From: Lama guanicoe | Taxonomy: Eukaryota | Assembly: GCA_013239625.1 (NCBI GenBank) | Contig: MU054757.1 | Coordinates: 2,026,251-2,090,250, forward strand | Direction: 5' to 3' | Length of the DNA: 64,000 bases | Shown: positions 26,760 to 39,270 of the stretch, piece after piece | Layout of the letters: each line of letters starts with the position of its first letter | Numbering within the stretch: the first letter of the stretch is position 1 | Notes under the pieces: generated by a model | Told to the model about the DNA's origin: nothing | The model's database searches: none | The model's input: the letters and a program-made list of their open reading frames with translations, nothing else | Program-made: the position numbers and the translations under genes

Positions 26760-29252
26760 TTTTTAACATTCTTTAATTGAGTTATAGTCATTTTACAATG
26801 TTGTGTCAAATTCTAGTGTAGAGCACAATGTTTCAGTTATACATGAGCATACATATATTCATTGTCACTTTTTTTCTCTGTGAGCTACCATAGATCTTGT
26901 ATATATTTCCCTGTGCTATACAGTATAATCTTCTTTATCTATTCTGCATATGCCTGTTAGTATCTACAAATTTTGAAATCCCAGTCTGTCATCCCTTCCC
27001 ACGCCCCCTTGGCAACCATAAGTTTGTATCCTATGTCTATGAGTCTGTTTCTGTTTTGTATTTATATCCTTTTTTGTTTTTTTTTAGATTCCACATATGA
27101 GCGATCTCATATGGTATTTTTCTTTCTCTTTCTGGCTTACTTCACTTAGAATGACATTCTCCAGGAACATCCATGTTACTGCAAATNNNNNNNNNNNNNN
27201 NNNNNNNNNNNNNNNNNNNNNNNNNNNNNNNNNNNNNNNNNNNNNNNNNNNNNNNNNNNNNNNNNNNNNNNNNNNNNNNNNNNNNNNNNNNNNNNNNNNN
27301 NNNNNNNNNNNNNNNNNNNNNNNNNNNNNNNNAGGTGTCTTTTTGAAGTAGGGTTCCTTCTGGATATATGCCCAGCAGCGGGATTCCTGGGTCATATGGT
27401 AAGNNNNNNNNNNNNNNNNNNNNNNNNNNNNNNNNNNNNNNNNNNNNNNNNNNNNNNNNNNNNNNNNNNNNNNNNNNNNNNNNNNNNNNNNNNNNNNNNN
27501 NNNNNNNNNNNNNNNNNNNNNNNNNNNNNNNNNNNNNNNNNNNNNNNNNNNNNNNNNNNNNNNNNNNNNNNNNNNNNNNNNNNNNNNNNNNNNNNNNNNN
27601 NNNNNNNNNNNNNNNNNNNNNNNNNNNNNNNNNNNNNNNNNNNNNNNNNNNNNNNNNNNNNNNNNNNNNNNNNNNNNNNNNNNNNNNNNNNNNNNNNNNN
27701 NNNNNNNNNNNNNNNNNNNNNNNNNNNNNNNNNNNNNNNNNNNNNNNNNNNNNNNNNNNNNNNNNNNNNNNNNNNNNNNNNNNNNNNNNNNNNNNNNNNN
27801 NNNNNNNNNNNNNNNNNNNNNNNNNNNNNNNNNNNNNNNNNNNNNNNNNNNNNNNNNNNNNNNNNNNNNNNNNNNNNNNNNNNNNNNNNNNNNNNNNNNN
27901 NNNNNNNNNNNNNNNNNNNNNNNNNNNNNNNNNNNNNNNNNNNNNNNNNNNNNNNNNNNNNNNNNNNNNNNNNNNNNNNNNNNNNNNNNNNNNNNNNNNN
28001 NNNNNNNNNNNNNNNNNNNNNNNNNNNNNNNNNNNNNNNNNNNNNNNNNNNNNNNNNNNNNNNNNNNNNNNNNNNNNNNNNNNNNNNNNNNNNNNNNNNN
28101 NNNNNNNNNNNNNNNNNNNNNNNNNNNNNNNNNNNNNNNNNNNNNNNNNNNNNNNNNNNNNNNNNNNNNNNNNNNNNNNNNNNNNNNNNNNNNNNNNNNN
28201 NNNNNNNNNNNNNNNNNNNNNNNNNNNNNNNNNNNNNNNNNNNNNNNNNNNNNNNNNNNNNNNNNNNNNNTTTATTTTTTTTAGCATTTTGTATTGATTT
28301 ATAATCATTTTACTATTTTGTGTCAAATTCCAGTGTTCAGCACAATTTTTCAGTCATTCATGGACATATACACACTCATTGTCACATTTTTTTCTCTGTG
28401 AGTTATCATAACATTTTGTGTATATTTCCCTGTGCTATACGGTGTAATCTTGTTTATCTATTCTACAATTTTGAAATCCCAGTCTATCCCTTCCCACCCT
28501 CCACCGCCCTGGCAACCACAAGTCTGTATTCTCTGTCTATGAGTCTATTTCTGTCCTCTATTTACGCTTTGTTTTTGTTTGTTTGTTTGTTTGTTTTTGT
28601 TTTTGTTTTTGTTTTTTAGATTCCACATATGAGCGATCTCATATGGTATTTTTCTTTCTCTTTCTGGCTTACTTCACTTAGAATGNNNNNNNNNNNNNNN
28701 NNNNNNNNNNNNNNNNNNNNNNNNNNNNNNNNNNNNNNNNNNNNNNNNNNNNNNNNNNNNNNNNNNNNNNNNNNNNNNNNNNNNNNNNNNNNNNNNNNNN
28801 NNNNNNNNNNNNNNNNNNNNNNNNNNNNNNNNNNNNNNNNNNNNNNNNNNNNNNNNNNNNNNNNNNNNNNNNNNNNNATTGTTTCTTTATTTTCTTTTTC
28901 TGTTGATTCATTGTTAGTTTAAAGAAGTGCAACTGATTTTTGAACGTTAATCTTGTAACCCGCTACCTTGCCGAATTCTTCGATCAGCTCTAGTAGTTTT
29001 TGTGTGGACCTTTTAGGGTTTTCTATATATAGTATCATGTCATCTGCATATAGTGACACTTTTACCTCTTCTTTTCCGATTTGGATCCCTTTTATTTCTC
29101 TCTCTTGCCTGATTGCTGTGGCTAGGACTTCCAAGACTATGCTGAATAAGAGTGGTGATAGTGGGCATCCTTGTCTTGTCCCAGATTTTAGTGGGAAGCT
29201 TTTGAGTTTTTCACAGTTGAGTACTATGCTGGCTGTAGGTTTGTCACATATA
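26760..29252 (-). mobile_element. Young 5'-truncated L1 block with ORF2 fragments (RT region and C-terminus) and two 3'UTRs, interrupted by N gaps 27187-27332, 27404-28270 and 28686-28877
   Basis: Minus-strand peptides [14 protein letters not shown]...[10 protein letters not shown] (RT), LPYDPGIPLLGIYP and FAVTWMFLENVILSEVSQ...ICGI*. 14-bp TSD tccacccttgtctt at 26746-26759 and 29253-29266. Nonsense codon near 28919. Confidence 0.92.
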
Positions 29253-29519
29253 TCCACCCTTGTCTTAAATCACTTTGTTTTTGTAAATTTGAGAGCCAGT
29301 GGTTTAGAATATTTGCCCTCTAGGTCTCACCTATGTGATTATGACCAAGTAATTCAATACTCAATAAGCACCAATGTCAGCTTTTGGGAAATGGGAAAAA
29401 ATGAAAATAAGACCTATTTCCCAAGGTGATTCCCAGAGTCATTTGATAAGTGAAAGCAAAGCATTCTGCAAACTATAAAATTCTATGCAAATGTTAATTA
29501 ATTATACTAGTTGGACAAC

Positions 29520-29825
29520 ACAAGCTGGCTCAAGTCTCAGTGCTTCAGCACAACAGACATAAATATCTTATTCACATGAAGTTTAATCAGATGTTTAGCG
29601 GACAGCCTTCCAGATAGTGATTCAGGAACCCCAGCTCCTTGCATCTTGAGACTGTTTAATCCCCTAGGATTTCATGGGCCAAACCTAGAAGGGATATCCG
29701 TCATGTCCACTCAAATCCCATTGGCCAGAACTCAGCCACAAGCCATACTTAACTGCAAGGGAAACTGAGAAATGTATTCCTGCTAGATGCCCAGGAGGAA
29801 GAGAAAATGGATTTAACCACAGTGA
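29520..29825. mobile_element. MLT1-type (ERVL-MaLR) LTR relic
   Basis: cccattggccagaactcagccac...taactgcaagggaaactgagaaatgta motif. Confidence 0.6.
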
Positions 29826-30091
29826 AAAGTTCAATCCCCTTTGAGTCTCTGAGGCACTGCCCATGTGTTGCATGCAGAAAGCTCTCAAAAAAGTGAAAAT
29901 TTTCATTAACTCTCTATAAATTCCACACGAGCCAAAATCCTCGTAATTAATTACATATTTGAATGAATCAAATGTCTGAATATTTCAACATTTTCATCAA
30001 GTTTTAAGTCGTATATCATCTTGCCAAGTAGTCTTGGCCTTACTTCATGCTCTCTGGATTTTTTTTAAACAAAATAATACCTCTTGTCAAT

Positions 30092-30263
30092 TTTTTTAAC
30101 ATTTTTTATTGATTTATAATCATTTTACAATGTTGTGTCCAATTCCAGTGTAGAGCACAATTTTTCAGTTATACATGACCATACATATATTCATTGTCAC
30201 ATTGTTTTCTCTGTAAGCTACCACAAGATCTTGTGTATATTTCCCTGTGCTATACAGTATAAT
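30092..30263 (-). mobile_element. Short young L1 3' end
   Basis: Near-identical to the 26760 3'UTR. 12-bp TSD cctcttgtcaat at 30080-30091 and 30264-30275. Confidence 0.9.
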
Positions 30264-32011
30264 CCTCTTGTCAATCTTAATTCTGTTCTCTAAATTCTGT
30301 ATTCTAAGCAAAGTTCTTTATATGAAACCACAAACCATCAGGCATTTCTTTTCATCTCACATACTAACAAATCTCTTCCTGGCCTCCTTGAAAGTACCGT
30401 TGCCGCCATTTTAATTGTACCATTCCTCTGCTTCCATTTCCTGCTGCCTGGATTATTAAGAAGAGCAGAAGAGCATCAGTATTCCATATCTTCCAACATT
30501 TTCTAAATCTGATCTTTGTTTGCCATTCCCTGTTGAGACTGATGTCGAGATCCTCTCGGGTAGTAGCTCTGATTTGCGTACCCCAGTTGTGGTCTGTACT
30601 TCCCAGCGAGGCCTTCCCTGGCCTCCTTGTCTAAAATACAGCCACACCACCACCAGCACGCACACGCATCCTCACTTCCTATTCCCTTTCCCTGCCTTTT
30701 CTTCTTAGCACTGACCACTACTAATAAGGGTTTTACTAATTTCGCTTGTTTGTGTTTCCCCACTGCGGTGTAAGCTCCCTGACTGTTTTGAATTTTTGGT
30801 CATTACTGCATTGCCCCTGTGACACCTGGCATATGGTAGAAATACAAGAAATATTGGGTGATTAATGAATGACTCAGTGGTAGTTCTGTGACGTACGATT
30901 TCCGTTTTACCAATCCTTACTCCTTATACTTATGAAAAGGTTTGGGCACAGAGGAATTAAGGATACCTTTCTCAAGAATAAGTTAGCCATTAACATAAGC
31001 ATTCTTGACCTCCTTAGATAGAATTATATCTTGAGAAAAGGGACAGTGAGGTGGGAGGAGAGGTCCCAAGCCTGGGTCAGTAAAGAGAAATCTGGCTTTG
31101 GAACCAGAAAACTTTGCTATAGTTCTGTCTTTACTAGGCATTAGCTATGTGACCCCTTCTTCTTAGATTTCCATTTCTTTAGTGATCAAAAGACTAGGTT
31201 ACAATGAACAGTAACCAAGATCCCTTCTAGCACTAAAATCTGCATGATTCTGTGCCCTAGCACTAGTTTCACCTCTTTTATTAATTAATCACATCACTTT
31301 TTAGATTCTTTTGGCATATTTGGCATTTCAGAATGTAGTTTTTTATACCAAAGCTGGTGGCTGGTTGGCGAAGCTGGTCTGTGTGGATGGACAAAAATTC
31401 AATCATGTATATAGCTGTTTCCTTTTGTTTTGCTTTAAGAAGCTTTCAGAAAAAGCACAGTAATTCCAAACAAGGAAGGATAAAGCTAGACAGGCCCTGG
31501 TGGTTAAAAGTAGTTGGCAACTGTGCTGTTTCACGGTCCTTGGAAAGGTTTATGAGCTCAGAGAGGAAGGCATTGCTTCCCATTTGCATTAGAAAGGAAG
31601 ATTTATTAGAAAAGGTGGCTGTGAGTTTGTCCTTAAAGACAGAATGCACCCCGAAGGAAGTGATTCCACAGAACTCATGGAAGGGATGTAAAAACCCACA
31701 GAGACCTGGCAGGGACCCAAAGTTTGTTCCGAGTGTTATAATGTCCTTCATTTCCTCATACTGAGACTGCTTCTCCCAAGTGGCCAGTATCTGAGTTAGT
31801 GGCAAAGGGCAGAAAAGAACCTGGCTTTGTCCCATAACACAGAAGAGGTACCCAGGTTTAGAGGTGGACACACAGTTCAAGAGTGTAGCTAGGACAATCT
31901 TTTGTATCCGTTGTTTGCTTTTCAGGCACTGGGTTGGAAATCCTAAAGCTGAAAGGAGGTCATGATAACAGCCATCGTGACCACTCTATCAAAAGACCAA
32001 GGCAGCAGATT

Positions 32012-32200
32012 GTAAAGTGGTTCTCAAACTTGAACGTGCAGGAGAGTCACGAAACAAAGTTTGCCAAACATTCGGATTCCTGGGCTGCACTCCAGATAAT
32101 CAAACTGAGTAGCACTGGGATGGGGCCCAGAATTGTGCACTTTCTAATGGACACCTCCAGGGCGCTCTGGCAGTTTCCTAACCACGCCTTGGGAAAGCAC
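32012..32200. mobile_element. MER5A-like DNA transposon relic
   Basis: agtggttctcaaactt...gggatggggcccagaattgtgcactttctaa. Confidence 0.65.
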
Positions 32201-32398
32201 ATCTTGGGAAACACCCAAGATAGTGGGAAGGCCATGAGCTTTGGAATCAGCTCCCAGAATTCAGATCTCTGCTCAGCCAGGTATTTGCTATGTGATCTTG
32301 GCCCTATGCTTACCTTCCCTAAGTCTTCATTTTTCTAGTGAAAAAAAAATGAGATGAAGCTTTACAGGATTATTTTGAGAATTAGAAATGACATTTTA

Positions 32399-32751
32399 CA
32401 TATGTGGAATCTAAAAAGAAAAAAAGGGGGAAAAAGGACACTATGAACTCATCTACCAAACAGAAACCGACTCGCAGACATAGTAAACAATCTTATGGTT
32501 ACCAGAGCAAGGGGGTGAGAAGGCATAAATTTGGGAGTCTGGGATTTACAAATGTTAGCCACTGTATATAAAAATAGATTTAAAAAGGATTCTTCTGTAG
32601 AGCACAGGAAACTATGTTCAGTATCTTGTAATAACCTTTAATGAAAAAGGATATGAAAATGAATGTATGTATGTATATGTATGACTGGGACACTGTGCTG
32701 TGCACCAGACATTGACACATTATAACTGACTGCACTTCAATTTACAAAAAC
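32399..32751 (+). mobile_element. 5'-truncated L1 3' end inserted into a MIR, sense to the gene
   Basis: Begins at the ORF2 end catatgtggaatctaaaaa. Perfect 14-bp TSD gaaatgacatttta at 32385-32398 and 32752-32765. MIR-like flanks. Confidence 0.9.
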
Positions 32752-35700
32752 GAAATGACATTTTAATGCACTTAGGACAGGAATTGACATGTACTAGGCA
32801 CTCAAAAAATAAGATCACTGCTATTATTACATTAAATTAATCAGCTGCCTGCCCTATTAAAACACCTTCAGGTGTCGCCTTTGCAGTGACGCCCACCCGA
32901 ACCACGCTGTGTAACACTGTGACCTGCTCCCACACAGGTATACTGCCAGTCCTTCACTCTTCTCTTTCTTTTTGCTATAGCACTTATCACTTTCAACTCA
33001 CTGTGTAATTTATTTATTTATTATGCTTGTTGAAAGTTGATAGAATGCCAGTTTTATGAAGACAGGGATTTCTGTTTGTTCCCTTCTCTGATATCTATAG
33101 CACCTAGAAAATACTTGGCAGAAAATGAGTGCTCAATAATTATTTGCTAAAAGATACTGTGATAACGTATTGCAAGAAAAAAACTGCATTTTTGTTTTTT
33201 GTTTGTTTGTTTAGGGGTCAGTGCCCATACTCCTTAGATTCCGTCAACTTTAAATCATAACCCTCCATTTCTGATATCAACAACTATTTAAAACCTGAAA
33301 AACATAAAATGATGCTCTCTCGGAACACTGGAAATAGAGGAATCACGCAGATCTAGAAATGACCACTGGTATCCTTGTAAGGCAGGAAGCAGTCACTGAC
33401 TAAATCATTAACACATGAATTGTTCTGAGAGTTGTGGCTTCCCTAAGTGATGTTGGGAATGCCAGAGAAAACTCATCGTGGCTCTTGGAATTAAAAAGAG
33501 CTTCAGAGCAGAGCAAAGAGTCAGCTCAGTCTCAGGGCTGATACTACTATTACTTTTTTTTTTTTTTTGAGAGGGAGGGAAAGAAGAGAAGGCACCGCCC
33601 TTGTGGGCTGATGAAAAGTGCCGAGCGCAGTGGAGACGTGGGAACGCCAGAGCGTTCCCACCCTGCTGATTGGTCAGCCTGAGCCGGGGACCAGCATAGC
33701 GCACGTGGGAAATTTCGAATGAGAACTGCTGGGAGCAAGGGTCAGAGGCCGTGATGAGGATCTCAAGCTCAGAAGCCAAGCTTTGCTCTGTGTTCTCTTC
33801 TTTCCCGGCACAAACTGAATTTACTTAAAATTTCTTTTGCATGCCAAGTCAAAAGGCATCAAGCAGCCATCCAGGTCATCAGATAACCACCCACCTCCTA
33901 CCGACATATCCAGATAATTACATATGATTTCCATTTCCCTTTCTCTATAACCACTATTTTTTAAATAACCACTGTTTATGTGCCTGGGGTCGGGCTAGTC
34001 GTTATGGACATCATAGGCTTATCTAAATTTCACCAATTCAAGAGGAGTAAGTCAAGGTCTTTTGCCCAAGTGATGCAAGTACTAAGTGAATTATTTCTAC
34101 AGCATGATGCCTCCCCGCACAAAAGCTGAGATGCTTTAATGTGACGTCTCAGATATGGAATCCATTTGGTGGGGGTAGGAGGGGGAAGAAAAAGAATATT
34201 TCAGCCAGTTTGAAAATGGGGAGGAAAGGAGACCTTCAAGAGCATTAATCTCTCTGGACTGATCATAACATCAACCCACTTGATGTCCAGGCCAGCAGAC
34301 GGCTGCCAAAGCCAGCAGTGTTCCTGCCAGAGCCTGCTCCCCTGGTCCCTGTCTGCAGCGATAGAATGCATGTCCTGTGGGTGACACACGCAGGTGGAGA
34401 GGAGAAGCAGCTATTACACCTGGACTGTTTCCACTTCCTTTAACCTGTTGCCTTGGAGCAAAGCCTGCTCATTGCTCTTCATCTTCCTCGAATCATCCCC
34501 CATCACAGCTCCATGAGTCCTGGGCTCTTCGACTCTGTTTGTCCATTAATGTGCCCCCAGTTGCCAAAAACGCTGTCTGGCATGTATCAGGCATGTGAGA
34601 AAAATTTCTTCAACTTAATGCATTCTGACCCTTTAAATGCACCCAGACCTGCTTGCATAATATTAAGCCATCCTTCGCAACAGAGCTACGTAAAAGTTCT
34701 AGGCAGGACCTGCCCATGTTTTGAGTTTTTGCTCCCATAAATAGCCCAAGGGATTTTTTTCAGTGTGTTTGTTAGCTTAAAAAAAATGTTATCATGACTT
34801 CCAGTGACATTTCCTTCTGCCAGGGAGTAACAGAGTTTTAAATGCAAAGCATCCTTCTTGGTTCAGTGCAAAGTGGCGGATTGGTGTGAAACACCTAGTG
34901 GCGAGGACGGTGGGGTAGGCCCTGGGAAGTGCTCCATGAGATGCCCTTGATGATTTGTCATGGTGACTTAGTAAACGGAGAAAGTTGAACCGTTTTTTCC
35001 TCTCTGTGGTTTATGGAATAAACTGCAAAATAGCAATTATACCCTAGGCAATCATTCAAAGTTTCATTTTTAATTTGATAAGGTGGATTTTAATTGCGAC
35101 AGTTTTATTCCTTCATATGCGCAGTGTTTACATTTTTTCTCTGAAGCAGGAGAGTCCAGAGTTCTTCTGATTTTTGAAATAGCATTATGCTTTGAAGGAA
35201 CACACGAAAATCTAAGGAGTTGAGTCACTAGATAAACACAGCTATAAATGGTACCCTTAGAAAACATCTAAGTTACTAAGTAGACTAAAATCCAGTAGAG
35301 CTTTTGATTTGAAACAATAAATTGTAAGTGAAGAAACCCTTTGGGATGGGTTTGGTTCCTTCATTGAAATGTCCAGAATTGGCTGATTTAAAAAAGTAAT
35401 GTCTTCTGCACGATCCTACTCCTTAGCTTCCATTTCACTATGCACAAAATCCCAGGAGGAAAAAGGAAGCATTTTTGATTATTGAGTCATATTTTTCATT
35501 TTTAGAGTTTTTCTGTTGATGGGAATGGTGGTTTAAGAACTTGTTAGAAAAATTCTGGTGATCCTCAGTTGGAAAAGGTACTTTATTTTCCAACTCTAGA
35601 AATGAATAGCAAGGAATTTTTTCTAGAGCCTGACATTGGTACTACTTATAAGCAGAGAGAAGCATCTAGACAAAGGCAACATCACCAATGTACACCATGA

Positions 35701-38279
35701 AGACCAATAGTCCTGGGTTATTTTTGATTATTATGTAGCCATTCCAACAAAATTTATTCACTATCCATTGCATAGAAAATACCACCCTAGCTTGTGGTTT
35801 GGAGAAGCATAAAATTGAGTGGGTGAGTGAGTGGGTAAGTAAGTGGGTGAAGGGTCATGGATATGCAGGTAGGAGTTTCGACTGCAAGGTGGAGAACAAT
35901 CAACTGTAGGAGGCTGCAAACAGGAGGATTTAGTATCTCAGATGATAAGAAGCCTGGGGGCACAGTTCTAGCAGCTGACTCCGCACGTACGCTCTCTCTG
36001 CTCCGCCATCTTCAGGTACAAGAGATAGCAGTCATTTCCAGCACCTCTTGCAGCCATTGTCACATCCAATCACAAAGAGAGATGTTTCCTCTCATGCACC
36101 TCCTGTCATTATGGAGGAGAACTTTCTCCAGAAGCTCCTACAAGACCCCCCTCAGGGTACCTTGGCCAGGATTGGCACATATGATCTTGGCTTAGCTGTG
36201 AAGGAGGCCAGCTGACAGAGAAATGTAGCCTTAAAAGCCTGGGTAAGTTCCAGGTTGTCGAGTCAGGTCATCCCTGCCTTCCAGTGATGTGACCAGCCCA
36301 AGGACTGGAGGTCTAGCAGAGGAGAAAAAACCAGAAGGGAGAAGCTACACAGAGTCTGGCTTCAAAACCACTGCAGCTGAGTGACCAAGAGGTCACAACG
36401 TGTACCTCTAGAAATTCAAGAGGAGGTTAAGAGCAGACACATTTGGAGAGGAAACCCCATAAGTCAGTTAACCACCAGAAGGGCTAAGCACAAGAGAAGA
36501 ATGTTTCTTTGCAGGCGCACAGGATGAGAGGAACGCTTATACGAGGTGTACTTAACCAGCAGGTGACTGCCAGTTAAAACAAAAGTCTCAGAACAAATAC
36601 TGACCATCTCCACACTATCTTCTTTTATTTTTTCTTTAACTGTTTAACTTATTATTTATTCTGTTTATTTCCAATAAAATCTTTTATTCTAAACCTTTTG
36701 GCAAGTTGGCAAGGCACTGTCAAATTTGTTAGCCCTTTTGCTCCCCATAACATCTCCATAAAGACAAATGGGACAGATAGGAGAGGCCCAGATGTTCAGA
36801 TACAGGAACAGAATCCTAAAGAAGATGGTTGATGTGTGCAAGTTTACATTAATTGTAAGCAGCGGAGCCAAAACTGGACCTCGGGGGCCATCGACTCTTG
36901 ATCAGATATTCTTACGACAGCATCCTAATTTCAGAAAGGAATGCATATGTTAACAGTCTGCCTGAATACTTCTTACTTACTGTAAGCTGCCGTGTCCTGT
37001 CAGTTCATTCCCGTGACTTCTGTTTCTCTATTAAGTATCTAAATTAATAGAAAATGAGTGCTTATCCAATTGAACTGAGCCAGTAGTTTGAAATTTTTAT
37101 TAAGTAATTGGAAATGAAATGTGCAAATGTGGACAAAGATGAGAGGAATTATTGGGAAAACAGCACTGGATGTCATTGTATGAATATTAAAAGTCAGTTC
37201 CAGGCATCGTTCCAAATTCTCTACCCTCATTTTCCCACTGGCTCCAATTTTCTGAACCATTCCTTTATTAAAAAAAAAAACAAATGTGGTTTTATCATAT
37301 GAATTTTGGAAGCTACCTTAAATCATTTTGTAACAAGATGGGCTATAAATAAATTAATTAAAATAATGGATTATGTACACTGTAGTCAGCCTTGCATAAT
37401 ACATAGGAAAATATTATCTACCCTTCCAGCAATACGTAGATCCACATTTTTTAACTTTTACACTTTATTTATTTGTAATATAGTGTCTCCAAGCCAAAAC
37501 GGTGTCATGGGTCTTTTAAAAAGAAACTAGAGATAGGTTTATAGCACTGACCCTCTCTATTTGCATTTGTTACCAAGTCAAGGTCACGTATGCTACATAA
37601 AATAAACCTCAACAATTATAATTGGTTGGGAATCAAGCCTAGTTAAATGAGTAAAAACTCTGAATTGCAGAATAGTTTTTAATAATTTATGGACAGTTCA
37701 TTTTAAACAGTGATACTTCCTGTAACCTATTCTAATAATGTATCCGAGTTGATAATTTATCATTAGACACACCGTATACTCTCTAAGAACTGATACTATG
37801 ATGTTTGCACCACTCCGAAGGCCATGCCCTGCAGTTACTTATTCTTAGTGGGAATGAATTGATGCTGGGAGCAAAATTTTGTATTACATGTCCAAGCACA
37901 CAAGAATTTAAATTAAATAACTGGATGAAAATACAAATCGTTTTCCTAATGTGCTCATGGAAGTTTCTTTTTTAGAAAAAAAAACCCAATTTGTACATTT
38001 TGGGCCTATATTATTTTTGCTTTGCTGTTCATTTTTTAAAAATGAGTTCTGTCTCTTCTCACTTTCACCCTTTGACTATTAGTGTTTGAAAAACCTCATG
38101 TAATCACGCATCTGTGTTGGGTCATGTTGTTTGTAAAAAATTCTCAGTCTTTTTATTTATTTAATGTATTCCATAAAGTAAGAGCACAGAATCTCTCAGG
38201 CTTGACCCCCCAAGTCCTGCCACTTCTCTTCTTCCATTCTCATTCCCAGGCCATTGCATTTGGTCACAGAGCTTTAAAT

Positions 38280-39270
38280 ACCATCTATATGTGTCCCCCA
38301 AATTTCTATGTTCAGCCCAGGACTCTCCCTGAGCCCTAGATCCTTATCACCAATCACCTGCTAGATCTTTCCTTCATTTGATTGTCTCTCAGGCCTCTCA
38401 CTCTTATACCAGAGGCACACTCCTAATCTTCAGCCCAGCCTCCTCTTCCTGTAGCTGCTCCACACCAGCTAACAGCAAGCCCATTCCTCTCGGTGCCTGG
38501 GCCCCAAATGCTGACGTCATCCTCTCTTCTTCCTCTTCCACTCCCTCTCCCTCTTCCTCTCTCTGTCCATCGAGTCAATTAGCTAATACTGTCGTCTCTA
38601 GCTTCACTATCTCCAGGACCCAGATAATTCTCATCAGTTCACCATCTCTCTTCTGGATGTATCAACAGCCTCTATCTGTACTCCTGGCTTCCCCCTTGCT
38701 TCCCTGCAATATTCTAGCAACTCAGCAGCCAGAGTGATGACAAGTCATGTTAGTTGTCTGCTCAAAGCTTCCAGTGGCTCCCCACCCACTTAGATGGAGA
38801 TCAGAAGTCTTTATCATGGCCTAGAAGACGCCACAGCATCTGGCCTTGGTTACCTGACCTAATTCCTACCTACCACTCGCCTTCTTCCTCTGACTCTGTT
38901 CCAACCTCATGAGTCTCCTCGCTGCTTCTGACTCAAGATCTCACTAATTCTCTCTTCCTTCTGCTTGGAATGATTTTCTCCAATTCCTTCATTAACTTCA
39001 GTTCTCTGCTGAAATGTCAGTTTCTCTGACAGTTCTCTTTGGATTGCACCCCACCCCCCAGGATTCTTCATTGCCCTTCTTTGCTTTATTTTTCTCCGTG
39101 ATGCATGCTGTGTTTTCTATTTGTTTGTTTAATGCCAGTCTTCCCATATTTACTGTCAGCTTCAAGGAGACTGTCTTGTCTGTTTGGTTTGTAACTGAAT
39201 CCCAGCATCCAGTGCCTGCCACTCAGTAAGCAGTCACCAAATATTTATGTAATGAATTAAAGGAATGAGG
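38280..39270. mobile_element. L2 LINE relic (boundaries approximate)
   Basis: gcagccagagtgat, ccagtggctcccca, ttctgcttggaatg and the 3'-end motif cagtgcctgccactcagtaagcagtcaccaaatatttatgtaatgaat. Confidence 0.7.

Noticed and set aside
27097-28932. Long ORFs of 84-394 aa
   Set aside because: Artefacts of translating N gaps.
28919-29257. Reverse transcriptase peptide with YADD as a possible novel RT system
   Set aside because: Ordinary L1 ORF2 fragment, 5'-truncated, with a nonsense codon and bounded by a TSD.
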